DNA of 64,000 nucleotides from Penicillus capitatus (taxonomy: Eukaryota; Plantae; Chlorophyta). Location of the stretch: assembly GCA_965649825.1 (NCBI GenBank), contig OZ287694.1, positions 1,115,197-1,179,196 on the forward strand, in the 5' to 3' direction. Shown one piece after another: positions 23,896 through 36,400 of the stretch. Below the pieces are notes generated by a model, which did not search any database, was not told the origin of the DNA, and saw only the letters and a program-made list of their open reading frames with translations. The translations under genes were made by a program, and so were the position numbers. Every line of letters begins with the position of its first letter. The first letter of the stretch is position 1.

Positions 23896-25677
23896 TGCTA
23901 AACAGTCACGAAATCCACCTAATTGCGCAAAAACTCATCAAGAATAAATCATACCTGAACAGGCAGAAATGCAGAACAGTGCAATCTAAAGGCAACAATG
24001 AGTTTAGTCGAGCATGGTAAAGTTCTGCCAGGCAGTGAGCAAATGCCACTCACCAAGCGACGAAGCGAGATCTGCGACGAAGAGTTCGGCATGGTGTTAC
24101 GTTTTATATGAAGTTGCGTTTCTCCTCGCAAGGTCAACCCGTACGCAATTCCTATGCTTCAGGCGAAAGAAAGGTTTTAACGCGGAATGAACAAGTCTCT
24201 TGGTTTAAATACCAACTGGCCGACCAATTTTATCTCCTTGGATTCAGAGGATCTTCCTATTTTCTCGTGTTGTAGAGTGGGCTAACCCACACGCGTCGTT
24301 TCCCTGCATGCGTCTGAGCGCATCTCCTCGGAACATGGCACTGCGATGCACCTGTGGACACGTGGCGTCGAACTGCATCTTTCCATGCAGGACTCGGGTC
24401 AGTTACGGGATGTCAGCGGTACATGTACCGCGTGTTCATATCTTGTCTTGTATTCTCTGTCGCCCACTAAAGCGAAAAATCGTCTGCTACAGAACGAAAA
24501 GCAAGGAGGGATGGTAGCTGGTAGCCGTCTGCGAAGAGCCCGCTTTCAAATACAGTCAAAGTTGTTTCCGTACGCGTGCAATTCATCCTACGCCTCGGCG
24601 CCTTATTGGTCCGATGGTTTTCAACTTTTCTCCCTTCACTGACGACGTCCATGTGTTACGCTTGTGAATTTCATATGTAGTAGTTGTAGAGAGAATTCAC
24701 AGAAGTCCTCTTAGTTTTGAAGGACGCCGACAGACATGTTCTTTGTGTGCTAAGATCAAGCAAGATTCGCCCAACAGTCAACACTTGATAGAGACTCCTC
24801 TCCAACACCGCCGCTTCGTTGTTAACATTGCGGCCTGCACGAGACCCTCCTTGCTTGACTGAGTATATCTTCTAGCACTTTGCACAATCTCTGCATGGTA
24901 GGTTATGCGGCGAAAGCCCGTACATTATACTCTGCTAAACTGTATTGTAGCTCAACAAATTGTTGAAATGCAAACAGTCATTGTTCGACATTTCTCATCT
25001 TTAAAATATCCACAGGCATTAATTCTGTTGGTATAAGGGATTACATGCAGACAATGTCACCCTGCTTTCACTTCATAGACATGCATGCATTTCCACAGGT
25101 GATTTAACATGTATCTATTTTCGAATGCCGTAGACGTCCGAAGCGGTCAACACGGATAATCTTTTTCTTTGACGTATTTCTTGGACGGGTTTACGGTCGT
25201 CGAGGAACAAACTCGCAAGTATGAAGATCAAAAAAATTCGGAATACTTGTACCTTAATTCGTAACGTCAAAAAATAACGGGTAGCGGCTCGCGCTAAAGA
25301 TGTTTAGACTCACGACCGGCCTTTCTTGTTGTGACTGCTTGGCAAATTCGTTTCAGTCCGTCTTTATCAAGACCCTTGAAAGCTACGTGGTGCTAGTCGG
25401 AGTAAACGGGACCGTAACGCAGACAGGTGTTTGATTTCAGGTCAGCTCCGTACGACATGACTGCGCCACTGACACCTGTAGCATGTGTTCGTCGTAGCTG
25501 CGTAGAGAGGAAACGGCCTCATAAGTTCCGACTCTTGCTAAATCTGATCTGAGACTCTGTGTTCTTTGCCTCTTCGAAACAAAAGACGACCGTCGGAGAA
25601 CGCGTTTGCACAGATCACTCAGGACGCACCGTGAAACGGCAGCAGATTCTTCGATTCTGCTCGACAGCCGTCTGAGA

Positions 25678-28600
25678 ATGAACATTATGCGCAGTGCCCA
25701 CAACTTTGTGCTCATTTCTTCGCTGTTGTTCATTCTTGCTACCGCGGAGACGCCCAAAAAAGGTAACTGATTTTGTGGACAGAATTCGTACTCGACGTGA
25801 TTCCGCTTCTCTGTAACCTATGTGTGTTTCGTTGTGTTAATTAATGCGACCTCTCTGTGCATGCGTTTGAATCGTTTTGACGCTCCGCGGATCGCAAATC
25901 GCAATTTAGTCGACTGTCAGGCAGACAGAAGAAGACGCTTGGAGCGAGTCGTACTATCCTTTCTCGCATGTGAGAGTCTCGCAGTGATCCTTCCGGTTGG
26001 CCTTGATGAAACACCCTTTCGTTCGCAGTCCGGCTTGATGCTTCTGAAACTTGTTCTGCCTGTGTTTAGAATGGCGACAGGGCAATTCAGGTGTACGAGT
26101 CGGTGTTTTAACCACACCGCAACCATCTAAAAACAGACTGTCTAAGAACGGTCGCACACGTTCTCCACAGGTACGACTGAAAGAGGCGGCATCGGATTCA
26201 CAAGAGAATAAGAGATATCATCTCGCTTTAGGTGGAGTTGGAATCTCGCAGTCTGTTACAGCAAGTGGAAGACACTTCTGCAGCTAAAAGAAATGGTGAG
26301 GATCTCAGGGTCATGTTGTCACCTACGTGGGTCTCACTTTAACAGATAACCCATGTACGCTTAAGGAAGAGGAAATTTCTACAATGCTAAATGAAAAGAC
26401 AAGGACATGGGCAGTCGACATGGCTGCCCTGAAAGCAGTGACCGATGACATCGACGCGATCATCAGATGCACGCAAAAGGGCGACGTGGTTCTGTTGTCA
26501 GATGTGGACAAAGTCCGTCTGCCGAAAACAGTGACAATACCATGGAAGCTAACTCTGAGTGCCTTTGTCGATAAAGTACCTGTCAAAGATGCCATTTTGC
26601 CGGCGGCGGAGAGGAAGACGACAATCGTATGTCCGCCTAAGAGCGATGCTTTTCAAGTCAGGTAAGGAAAGTGATCTGTCTCTGTGTTTAAGTGACAGCG
26701 AGTGTTGGTTTCAAAAAGGGCGAAGAGTTTCGTGCTGGCTAATGTCGCCTTCACGAATTGCACATTGCAGGGCACACACAGGTCGATCATTGAGGTAGAG
26801 GGCTGCTCCTCTCTCAATGCGCAAAGCGTCATCAAACTGCATCACGTAACTTTCGAGCACAATACTCTGGATGGAGCGCGCGCTCTATCCATTTCCAGTC
26901 CGCCATGTCACTCAGTGGAAATGGTGGATGTTTCTTTTTCAAAAAACTCGTGCGGAGATGCATGCTTCGCGCATCTCGCACAGGAAAACAAGCTAGAAGA
27001 CGTAACTGTGCTCCACAATCGCGCGTTGACTGGACGGTCCTATTCACTGATATTTGCCCCTTCCGAATCCAGCACATCGATCGATGGAATGACGGCGCAA
27101 AGAAATGAACTGACAGTCTTCAGAGCTGTCAAAGGACAGTTGAAGTTACTGAAGGCGACATTCAAGGGAAACTCGGGACATTCGGCCATTGTGCTCGAAG
27201 AAGTCACCAAAGCCGTCGTCACTGACAGTCTTTTTCGTGGTAATTCCGCCATCATGTCTGGTGCTGGAATTCTGTCGATTGGCACGAAACGGCTCGAAGT
27301 GTCCCACAGCAGTTTCCTGTCGAACAAGGCAGAGAATGGCGCCGGTATCGCATCTGCACAAGGCAGTGTTTCGATTGACGATTGCCGTTTCCTGCAAAAC
27401 ATCGCTGCAGGCAACGCTGGCGCCGTCCTTATCGCCAATGGCAGTCTAGACCTTAAGTCGGTGCGTTTCGAGAACAATGTTGCCTCAAGACACGGAGGAG
27501 CTCTTCATCTCGATGCATGCGAGTCATCTCAAATCTTTGCTATCCAATGTCACGAAAATGCGGCTGGAGACGGAGGGTGTTTATGGGCATCATCATCGAG
27601 AGAACTTTCCATCCGAAACTCCTCCTTCACAAACAACTCCGCAGTCAATAGTGGTGCTCTCTACTTTGCTAATGTCTCGAACAGTAGGATCAGCAACTCG
27701 ACCGTCACGCTTAACACCGCCCGAGAGAAAGGAGGTGGAATGCTCCTCGTCGGATCAACCAACATCGAATTCCATAACTCTGTCGCAATGAATAACACGG
27801 CCAAAGATGGAGGTGGTCTTGGATGCGAGAAAACAGAAAACTTGACAATCTGTCGTTGTTCGTTCGAGAATAATGTCGCTGAATTGAATGGTGCTGGTGC
27901 TTGGATTTCGCAAGAAAGCAGCGTTTTCGTGGAAGAAACGAACTGGATTCTGAACCTTGCAGGGCTTAAAGGAGGTGCTCTCACCGTCGACAAGTCGAAT
28001 ATCACTTCGCGAGCATCGACTTATTCCCACAACCAAGCTTCACTCGGTGCCGCTCTGAGGTTTTTAGAAGCAGAAACGGTTGTTTTGGAACACGACACAG
28101 TACTGAACAACGAAGCACGTATCGCAGGAGGAGGAATTCTTGCTGAAACTTCAACTATTACCCTGCAAAGTTGTCAGATAGAATTAAATTTGTCACCCTG
28201 TTGTGCCGGTTTCTATCTCGCGGACACTGAGACCATTATCAAAAACACCACGTTTGAGCAGAACATTGCTTATTCCGGGAGTTCGGCTGGTCTGTATTCT
28301 CAGTTCAGCAGTTTGACATTGGAGGACTCGAGATTCGAGCTCAACTATGCAAGTCAAGCTGGAGGAGCGATGTCGATCTTCCACAGTCAACAGGCTACAG
28401 CAAGAAACATCACAGTGCGAGACAACAGGAGTGGGACGAGTGCAGCTGGAATTAGCGTTTCTCACGAGTCTCGGTTTCAAATCTATGATTCGGTGCTGGA
28501 AAACAACACAGCCTATAACTTCGGTGCACTGGCTGTATTGAATTCCGATGCCCGTGTGATTGGTTGCAGTTTCCGACAAAACAACGCCAAGAAGGGAGCA

Positions 28601-31600
28601 GCCGTGGGACTGCGCGGAGGCAAACTCTTTCTCGAGAGTTCAACAATGATGTTCAATCGCGCAAGCAAAGAAGACGGTGGTGTATATGGTGAAGGAGGCG
28701 AACTCAATGCAACAAACGTCGTCTTCTCCGATAACACGGCACGGTTGTATGGAGGAAGCTTATCTGGAACTGCTTCAAGCGTATTCGTCATCTCGAACTG
28801 CTCGTTCTTGAACAATCGAGCGGACAGAGGTGGATGTTTTCGAATGCAATCGAACTCCAGTATCACTATTTTAGAGAGCAAGATCGAGAACAACACGGCA
28901 ATCCATGGCGGCGGCGGGGGTTACCTCGAGGATTCCACCATGGTGGTCAGAATGAGTACATTTTACAGAAACAGTGGATCTGAGGGCGGATCACTGTCGC
29001 TGAGCAATTCTACTCTTAGAACGTTTTCCTCCAGCTTCAAGGAAGAGAAAGCATCTCTGTTTGGAGGAGCGCTCTCGGCGAACGCACAAAGCTCATTGAC
29101 AGGCATAAACACATCGTTCTCAAATTGCTCATCTGGGTCAGGTGGGGCTGTCTCTATCTCCAAGTCGCACGTTGCAGGTGCAGAGTTTCAAATCCATGCA
29201 TACAGTGCAAACGCCAATGGTAAAGGCGTGTTTGCAACTGACTCGTCAACTTTTACGTGCTCCAAATGCTCTTTTGATGACAACAAAGCCAATCGGCATG
29301 GAGGTGCCATTGCATTCAATTCGACGAAATCCCAAAGACTTGCAGTGCAGTTGAACAACTGTTCGTTCAGGAATAATCTCGGCGACCTTGGAGGTGCGTT
29401 TCACTTAATGAATGCCTTCTCTTTATCAATCCTTCTTAGGTGCCTTGCACGTTTCTGGGAGATACGAATCTGAAAACTGTTCGCGTTTGGACCCGTCATG
29501 TACGAGAGTTGTGCTGACAGACATCAGCTTTTCCTCAAACAAGGCAAAGACATCTGGCGGCGCGATATTTGTGGAAGATCCAGATGTCCTTCGATATTCA
29601 TGCCCAGCAAAGGAAGTGGAAACTGGACCGCTTTGGCTTGACAGCAATGTCTCTCAAATCTTGACACCGTTGATGTCAGGTAAGGACTTTTGTCGTGAAT
29701 GGAGCCAGAACCAAGCTGGTGATTACGGCCCAGTCGTCGGATCTTACGCCAGAACTGTCAGAGTGTATACTGAAGACAATGCTGAAAACCATACCGAAAC
29801 ATTCGTGCGTGAAAATAGTCTTTTAATCGACAACCACAGAAGTGGAGATCCGTTGCCGCGGTTTATCCTAGAAGTTCTCGATGGTCTAGAGCAAGGAACT
29901 CCACTTGGAGAACGAGATGAGTATGTCGAGGCAACGATGTACTCTCCCAACGACGCTTTCTTTACTGGAAGCGTGAAAATCGTTCTCAATCCGAAACAGA
30001 GCGAACTCCCTGCCATTTACAGTCTTCAACAGCCAGGCTCTTACGAAGTGATCGTTAACTTTACCGAACCTGATCTGCCAAGAGTGGTCATTCAAATCAA
30101 CGTTCGAAGCTGCACCATTGGAGAATCCGTTCAAGAAAGTGGGAAGCTGTGTGTGCCCTGCAGTGGGACCCAGTACAATTTTGACAGCAATGCTTCAGCT
30201 TGTACACCTTGTCCCGCGAATGGGAACTGTACTTCTAATGCCATTTTCCCCAACAGAGGGTATTGGCATCGAACGCCGTGCTCACATGACATTCAGGAAT
30301 GCATCTCCAAAGAAGCATGCGATTTCCCTGAACGAGACATGGAGCTGTTTACCATCCAACAGGAGATGCGAAACTGTCACTTCAATAAGACATTGGATAA
30401 AACATACGCAGAGACTTTGTGCAGAGAGGTATTGGTTCTCAATTCACAGTGATGCATAATGAGAATGGGGTCTTCCATGCAGGGTTACAAGGGAACGCTT
30501 TGTGGCTCTTGTGATGTCGGGTATGGACATTCACGCGGTTTGCACTGCAGCAAGTGCCACGACGATCCAGAAGTGATTTTACTGTTCATTGGCACATTGT
30601 TCGTTCTGCTGTTGCTCTCGAGCTTCACAATTGCGAGCAACTTACAAACTCAAGTACCGGAATGTAGCAGTGTTAACAGGAGCAGCAAGGCAAGAAGTTT
30701 TCACAGTCGTCTTCGCTCACTGCGAAGAGAATCAGCAACAGAAGTGCCAGTCAATTTTCAGATGGTGGAGATGCTGAGCACAGGACGTGTACCACCTGAG
30801 CTTATCAGCCCAGACTTGTTTCTGACAACCATAAGTATGGAAGAAAAGACAAAGGATTCAACAGGGTTGAAGGCCAATGTCGTCGAGGTTTTTAAGGTGC
30901 GTTGCAGAATATCTGTCAGTAAGCTTCAGGCAGCACGCCGTTCCTGTAGATTGCTATCAATTTCCTCCAAGTCATTGGGGCTGCTGTCTTCATCAATGCC
31001 AATTGGACCACATGGATGCGTTCGGTGCTTTCAGCTGCAGGCAAACCTATGACAACACTGATATACTCTGCTGAGTTTTTCGCGTCCGTAGATTTCTTCA
31101 GTGGTGCTGCTATGGATGGCATGATGCTCTCTGCTGATTGTCTCTTTGCCTCAGACCATCAACCACCGAGATCGATTCTCCGTACCATTATCTTCTTGGT
31201 CGTCCCTGCAGCTGCGTTAATGTTGTACTTTGTCTTTTGGGCAATTTGGACGTACCGATCCAAGCAGAGCATCGCATACTTTGCCAAAGCCCTGATGCTG
31301 AGCACTCTGGCCGTGGTGTACTTGACCTATATCTCTATCACCAAGACAGCAGTCGACACAGTCCACTGCATTGGAGTCCACGATTCAATCGACGTCGAAG
31401 ACGATCATGTGAGCCGTTACTGGGCGATGGACACATCCCTGAAGTGTTACGAAGGCTCTCATGCCATCCTCGCCTCCACAGCTGGTTGGCCAATCATTTT
31501 TCTCTTCACATTTGGCATCCCACTTGCCCTCGCTTACGCCCTTTTGAGAATTGAAAATCGTTGTCCCGAGCAAGACAGCAATGGGTTATTCGCCGAAGCT

Positions 31601-32143
31601 TCTGGTTTTCTTTACCGAGCTTACAAAGAACGTTTTTTCTGGTGGGAATCGGTCGTCATGTTCCGCAAGGCGGCGCTGACCATCATCGTTGCTTTCTCTT
31701 ATCCCTTAGGAACCAATCTTCAAGGCATCATTGCTGTCTGCCTGTTGACATTTGCCACGTATTTTCATGTTCTGTGCCGCCCTTTCAGGGACGAGGATGA
31801 TTATCTGAATGGATATGAAACGGCCTCTCTCTTTGTTTCGGTGTTGACTTTTGCATCGGGTCTTTTCTTCAACGACGAACGCACTTCTGATGTTGTTCGT
31901 GTTCTGCTGACGATATTTCTCTCTGTGGCCATCGGCGGACTCCTTTGTCTTTTTGCTTACACGCTTTTGGCTTGCGTCATGACGCATGTGAAGGCCGCAC
32001 TGGTGGATGAAGGTATTGAAGAGGCACATCATTGGGGAATCTGTCGCTGCGTGAAGGTTTATGCTTCGATGATCATATCGGCATTCTTCGCTCGTCTTTC
32101 CAAGTATTTTCATCCCGCACCGGATGATTATCGCAGTAACTGA
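25678..32143 (+). CDS. Large cell-surface receptor-like protein: signal peptide, Pmp-like beta-helix repeats, Cys-rich repeats, multipass TM domain
   Basis: About 20 FxxNxA...GG(A/G/S)(I/L/V) motifs in 26702-29600; CVPCSGTQY...CTPCPANGNC; 7 or more TM segments in 30560-32100. Signal-peptide exon 25678-25762 (MNIMRSAHNFVLISSLLFILATAE) splices in phase (G|AT) to 26346. Confidence 0.82.
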
Positions 32144-32929
32144 CGATTTGGAAAGACGCCCGCGTAAGGTCTACTTTTGTCTGTTTTTGGTTTTTTGTAA
32201 AGGGCGATTCGTATCGACAAATATTGAATTGCATGTGCATCATGCACGCCGTCATCATTTTTGTGTTAGATCCTTTTTGGAAAGAACTGAATTTTCGGCA
32301 TCGCTTTGCACAGTACGAATCTGTGGATGACCTGATGGGGAGTATTATTTTTGTGGTATTTCACAGCGATTCTTAAGCATCAGCGACTGCTTTCGCTTTT
32401 GATTGACAGACGAAGTTTTACTATTCACCAGTTCCTCAAATGTGTTATCCCATTGCCGAGAACAACACCTAGAAGTCCTCAGACGGCGCAGAAGAGTTCC
32501 CTTTCCACATCTTTCTGCTCAAGAGGACAAGCGATGAAGAATCTTTCCGTCGAAAACGTATTCTCTGAAAACGTTTGTTGGACGTTGCAACTCCAACATG
32601 TTTAAAAGCATCGACAGTTGGTTAAACGTTGTCATTGCGAAGTGATCATCGTCGAGCTCCGCGAGGAATCTCGCTGAACGTGCGCACACATACTCAACGT
32701 GTCTCTATTCTCAGTCATGAACGCTCACGGGCCACTCACTCAGCATTTCGTCGTGAGATGGATACTATTCATCGAAGAAGCGATGTCTTTACAGACAAAC
32801 GACTGTCATCCAATTCATGAGCCACACCGCGACAATATCACCCACCATCATCACTTAACAGCGCCTTTACTGCAGCTTCGGCGACGTCTTGTCCTCATGG
32901 CATTCAGTGTTAAAATACGACGGGTGATT

Positions 32930-33402
32930 TCAGGGTGACTGCCACAGACGCACATCGCCCAGTGCGATGATCGCACCGTCGACATCTTTCGACAGTTCGA
33001 TGCTGCTGGCCATGCGCGAATTGGCGCTGATGTTTTCTGCCGACTGTTGCAGATCATCGAGTTCCATACCCGCCAAAGGCGGCAGCTTTTTCATGATCTC
33101 TTTTGTGACGAATATGTGGGTATCCCACGCACCGCGACCGTTCGGCGCCACAATCATCGATGTATGGCGCAGCTCGTCATTCTAAGAGCACTCGACATGA
33201 ACACGCTCGTTCCAAGACCATCCCATACTTCGGCGAGCACGTCACTCAATATCTGTCCCTTGACTCCCTTGACGGTGTGACGCAGACCTTCTTTGTCGAC
33301 TAGCGTGATAGTGATGATATGTTGCGGAGTAGAGGCGACGCTGCTCAACCAGCCAACACCGACGCGGAAAGGACTAAAGCACGAGAGTCTGCGTAACGCC
33401 AT
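32930..33402 (-). CDS. Adrenodoxin-fold protein lacking Fe-S cysteines; likely the complex I ferredoxin-bridge subunit
   Basis: Mitochondrial-type presequence; ITLVDKEGLRHTVKG..GQILSDVL; GRGAWDTHIFV where CSTCHV is expected; NSRMAS for SRLGC; C-terminus VRLWQSP resembles plant ...KPWDIP as recalled. One ~47-nt intron. Confidence 0.72.
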
Positions 33403-33474
33403 GGCAAGCGAACGAACAAACAACGAGGCGACGCGACACTCAATGATGATTAACCAGACGACATTACCAAAACA

Positions 33475-36400
33475 TCAATCGGCTGGATTCGCCCTGTGGG
33501 TGAAGCGCAGGACGCGTTTCTGACGGCTGAGAATCTCTTTCTGGACAGAGGCCAATTCGTGAAGCGATAACTCCAGTGCGCTCTGCGATTCGTGCAGTTC
33601 CTTTTCGAGTCGTGATAGAGACTGCGAACAAGACGACATCGGTTTCGGATCTGTTTTTACATGGCGACGTACTTTCGTGATTTCCCGATCATCGTTGTCG
33701 TCATCGGACACTGCGTCTTCCTTTTCGGTTCCGAATCTTTGCATCAGGGACGACACAATGGCGTCCAAATCGCTATCGTCCGGCTTGAAGAGTTCGTTGT
33801 CGGTTAGATATCGCGAATTGAAAACGATAGGCTTTCGGAGAAGCTCCGTGAATGTCGTGTCTTCCAGACAGCGATGGAGCACCTTCTTCATCGTGGCAGC
33901 ATCGATTTCCTCTTTGCAAAACTGCACAAATCGCCTCAGTGCATTCAAGACGATACGTCTTCTGAGATCACCTTTATGCTCTTCTTCGTCACGGGCACGT
34001 CGTCATCATCGTGATCGGTTTCGTCATCGAGAGTGCCGTATCGATGTAGCATGGCCCCGAGGCGATCGTAAGGAACGTAGTTTGCATCGGTCATCCGTCC
34101 GATGAAGTCACGCCATTTCTGTCTTGCCATGCCGAAGATCTCGGTGTGGATGTTGGTTGTCTCGGAGGTATTCTCTTTCACCACAGAGAAGGCATCAACG
34201 ATAATAGCCAGCAGGAAGTTAAGCAAGACGAGAAAGACAAGGAGCTCAAAGGACCAGAAAAACAACGTCCCTGCCAACGATTGCAGCCCTGAGAGTTCCT
34301 TAAGCTGCGCGTTGACGCTGATATCTCCCAAAAGAATCTCGAAGCAGGTATTGACAGATCGGCCAAAAGAAGAGAAGCTTCGGATGGAGCTGCCGAATAT
34401 GAGATGGGCCATCATGGCATAGCCAAAGAAGACCAATCCGCCAACGACAGAAAAATGCAGTAGATCTGGACCTGCTAGAGCGATAGAGCGCGTGACGACT
34501 CCCAGACGTGGCTGGAAATCCATCTTCTTCAGCATCCGAGCGATCAGAAGCAACATGCTCAATCCATTCACCGCATAGTACCATGTCAGACTACGGACCA
34601 GCCGCTTCATTTTGTTGATCCCTGTGTTGACGAGACGAAGGCCTTCCCCATCGCTTGCGAGCTTCAAGTACGCTGCAGGGGGATTCAAGGAACGATAGAC
34701 GTTGTAGCTGGAAGCAGATGTCGACATCAGGGTATGACTAATGAGCGGCTCACCTCAAGTCGATATCAAAAGGCGTGGCATGACGGGTGACGTGTCCCCA
34801 CCACATGATAACGGAGATAAGAAGTAGTACATTCGAAGTGAAATCGATCCACTCCCACGAGGAAAAGCATCGCTTCATCGCCAAATCGAGCGACGACGAT
34901 GAGTGGAAGATCGCACAGATCGCCATCACGAACCACCCGACGACGAGGCCTGTCAGAGCAATTTCCAGAGCCAGGCGTACAAAATCGCCGGTGGTTTGGT
35001 AAAGATCAGCCCGAGCTGTCGTGATCTGATTCGAGACATGAATGGTGCCGCCATCTGAGAAATCGAATTTGACCTCCAAGTAGCCGAAGATATTCAACTC
35101 AGCGTTGTAGACCACTAGCTCTGCCGTCACCGTCTTCGTGTTTTCGTCAAGAAATAGGCCTTCGACTATGTATCGGTACCATCGATCCGCCTCGTATTCT
35201 GATAGGTTGATATCGAACCAGATCGGAAATCCTTTTGCTCTTCCCTCCAGATCGAACGAACGGAATCCGTATGGCACGGCGCGCATGTTGAAGAGCTCGA
35301 TGCAGAAAGGAGGGTCATTGACGTAGCGCTCTGTTGAGGCGTAGGGATCCAGTCGGTGATAACTCGGAGATGGCAATTCTGAGCAGTTATAGAAGCGGAT
35401 CGCGCTCTCGGTGTTGTCGAGATCTGGATCGTACAGTGTCGTTCCCGCCTTGAAGATCGGATCCACGCCGTAAGACTCCGTGCTCTTCTCGCGGCGGCAA
35501 TCGTTTTCGATATCAGCAAATCGAGATTCTGGGCATTTAGTTGGTTTCGTGCGGACTGTATGTAGCAGCATGCCGGCGACAATGCGGTTGTTGAGTCCCA
35601 CATACCGCTCTCGACTGTGAACGTTCGCTTCTTCTCGATAATTATCGACTTCGAACTCACGGGCCACAACGGTGTCCATAGAACAGCGATACGTCGAAAG
35701 GTGCGTGTCTTTTTCCGAGATCAGTCGATCCCGTCTGGCAAGTCTCCACAGCTCGGCAGCCTGGGTACAATTCCAAAGGGCGATCTGCCGATACGTCACG
35801 GTACCTGTTCGATCGAGATCAGATTTTGTTGGTAGGCGATCTTGATGGCGTTCATTTGTTCGCGAAGAGCGACGTGAATTGCGGTCTGAGCCTCGAGCGA
35901 TCTCGCCGTCAACTCTTCTAATGCTCTGACGGTCTCTGTGGCCTCTTCCACTGCTTTCAGCGTCTCGTTCTGTTTACCGATGATCTCGATCAACAGACCC
36001 TCGACAGATTCCTGTCCGATCGCGATTTCTTGTCTCCCTTGATTAATGACCTCTTCCAGAGAATTGTCCTCTTCACGCTGTTTTACGAGATCGTTCGCGG
36101 TCTGGACCTCTTGCTCCAAAGAGACGACCTGACAACGACTGACCGTCGATCGTGGCGAACTCATTACTCAAAAAGCATGCCTGTGTTTTTAGCTCAGATT
36201 GGCCGATTCGCAAAGCTTCTATGCCTTGGGAGAGATCCGTAAGGTACTCCGTAATGGATTCATCGGCCGTTTCCCTCAACCGTCTTCTCCCCGGAGGCGA
36301 ATCGCCTGCCGATTCTGCTAATTCCTGCGCAATGAACATCGATTCAAAATCGAAAGCGATGCACGGATGCGATCACACTTGGAGACTCTTATATTCTGTT

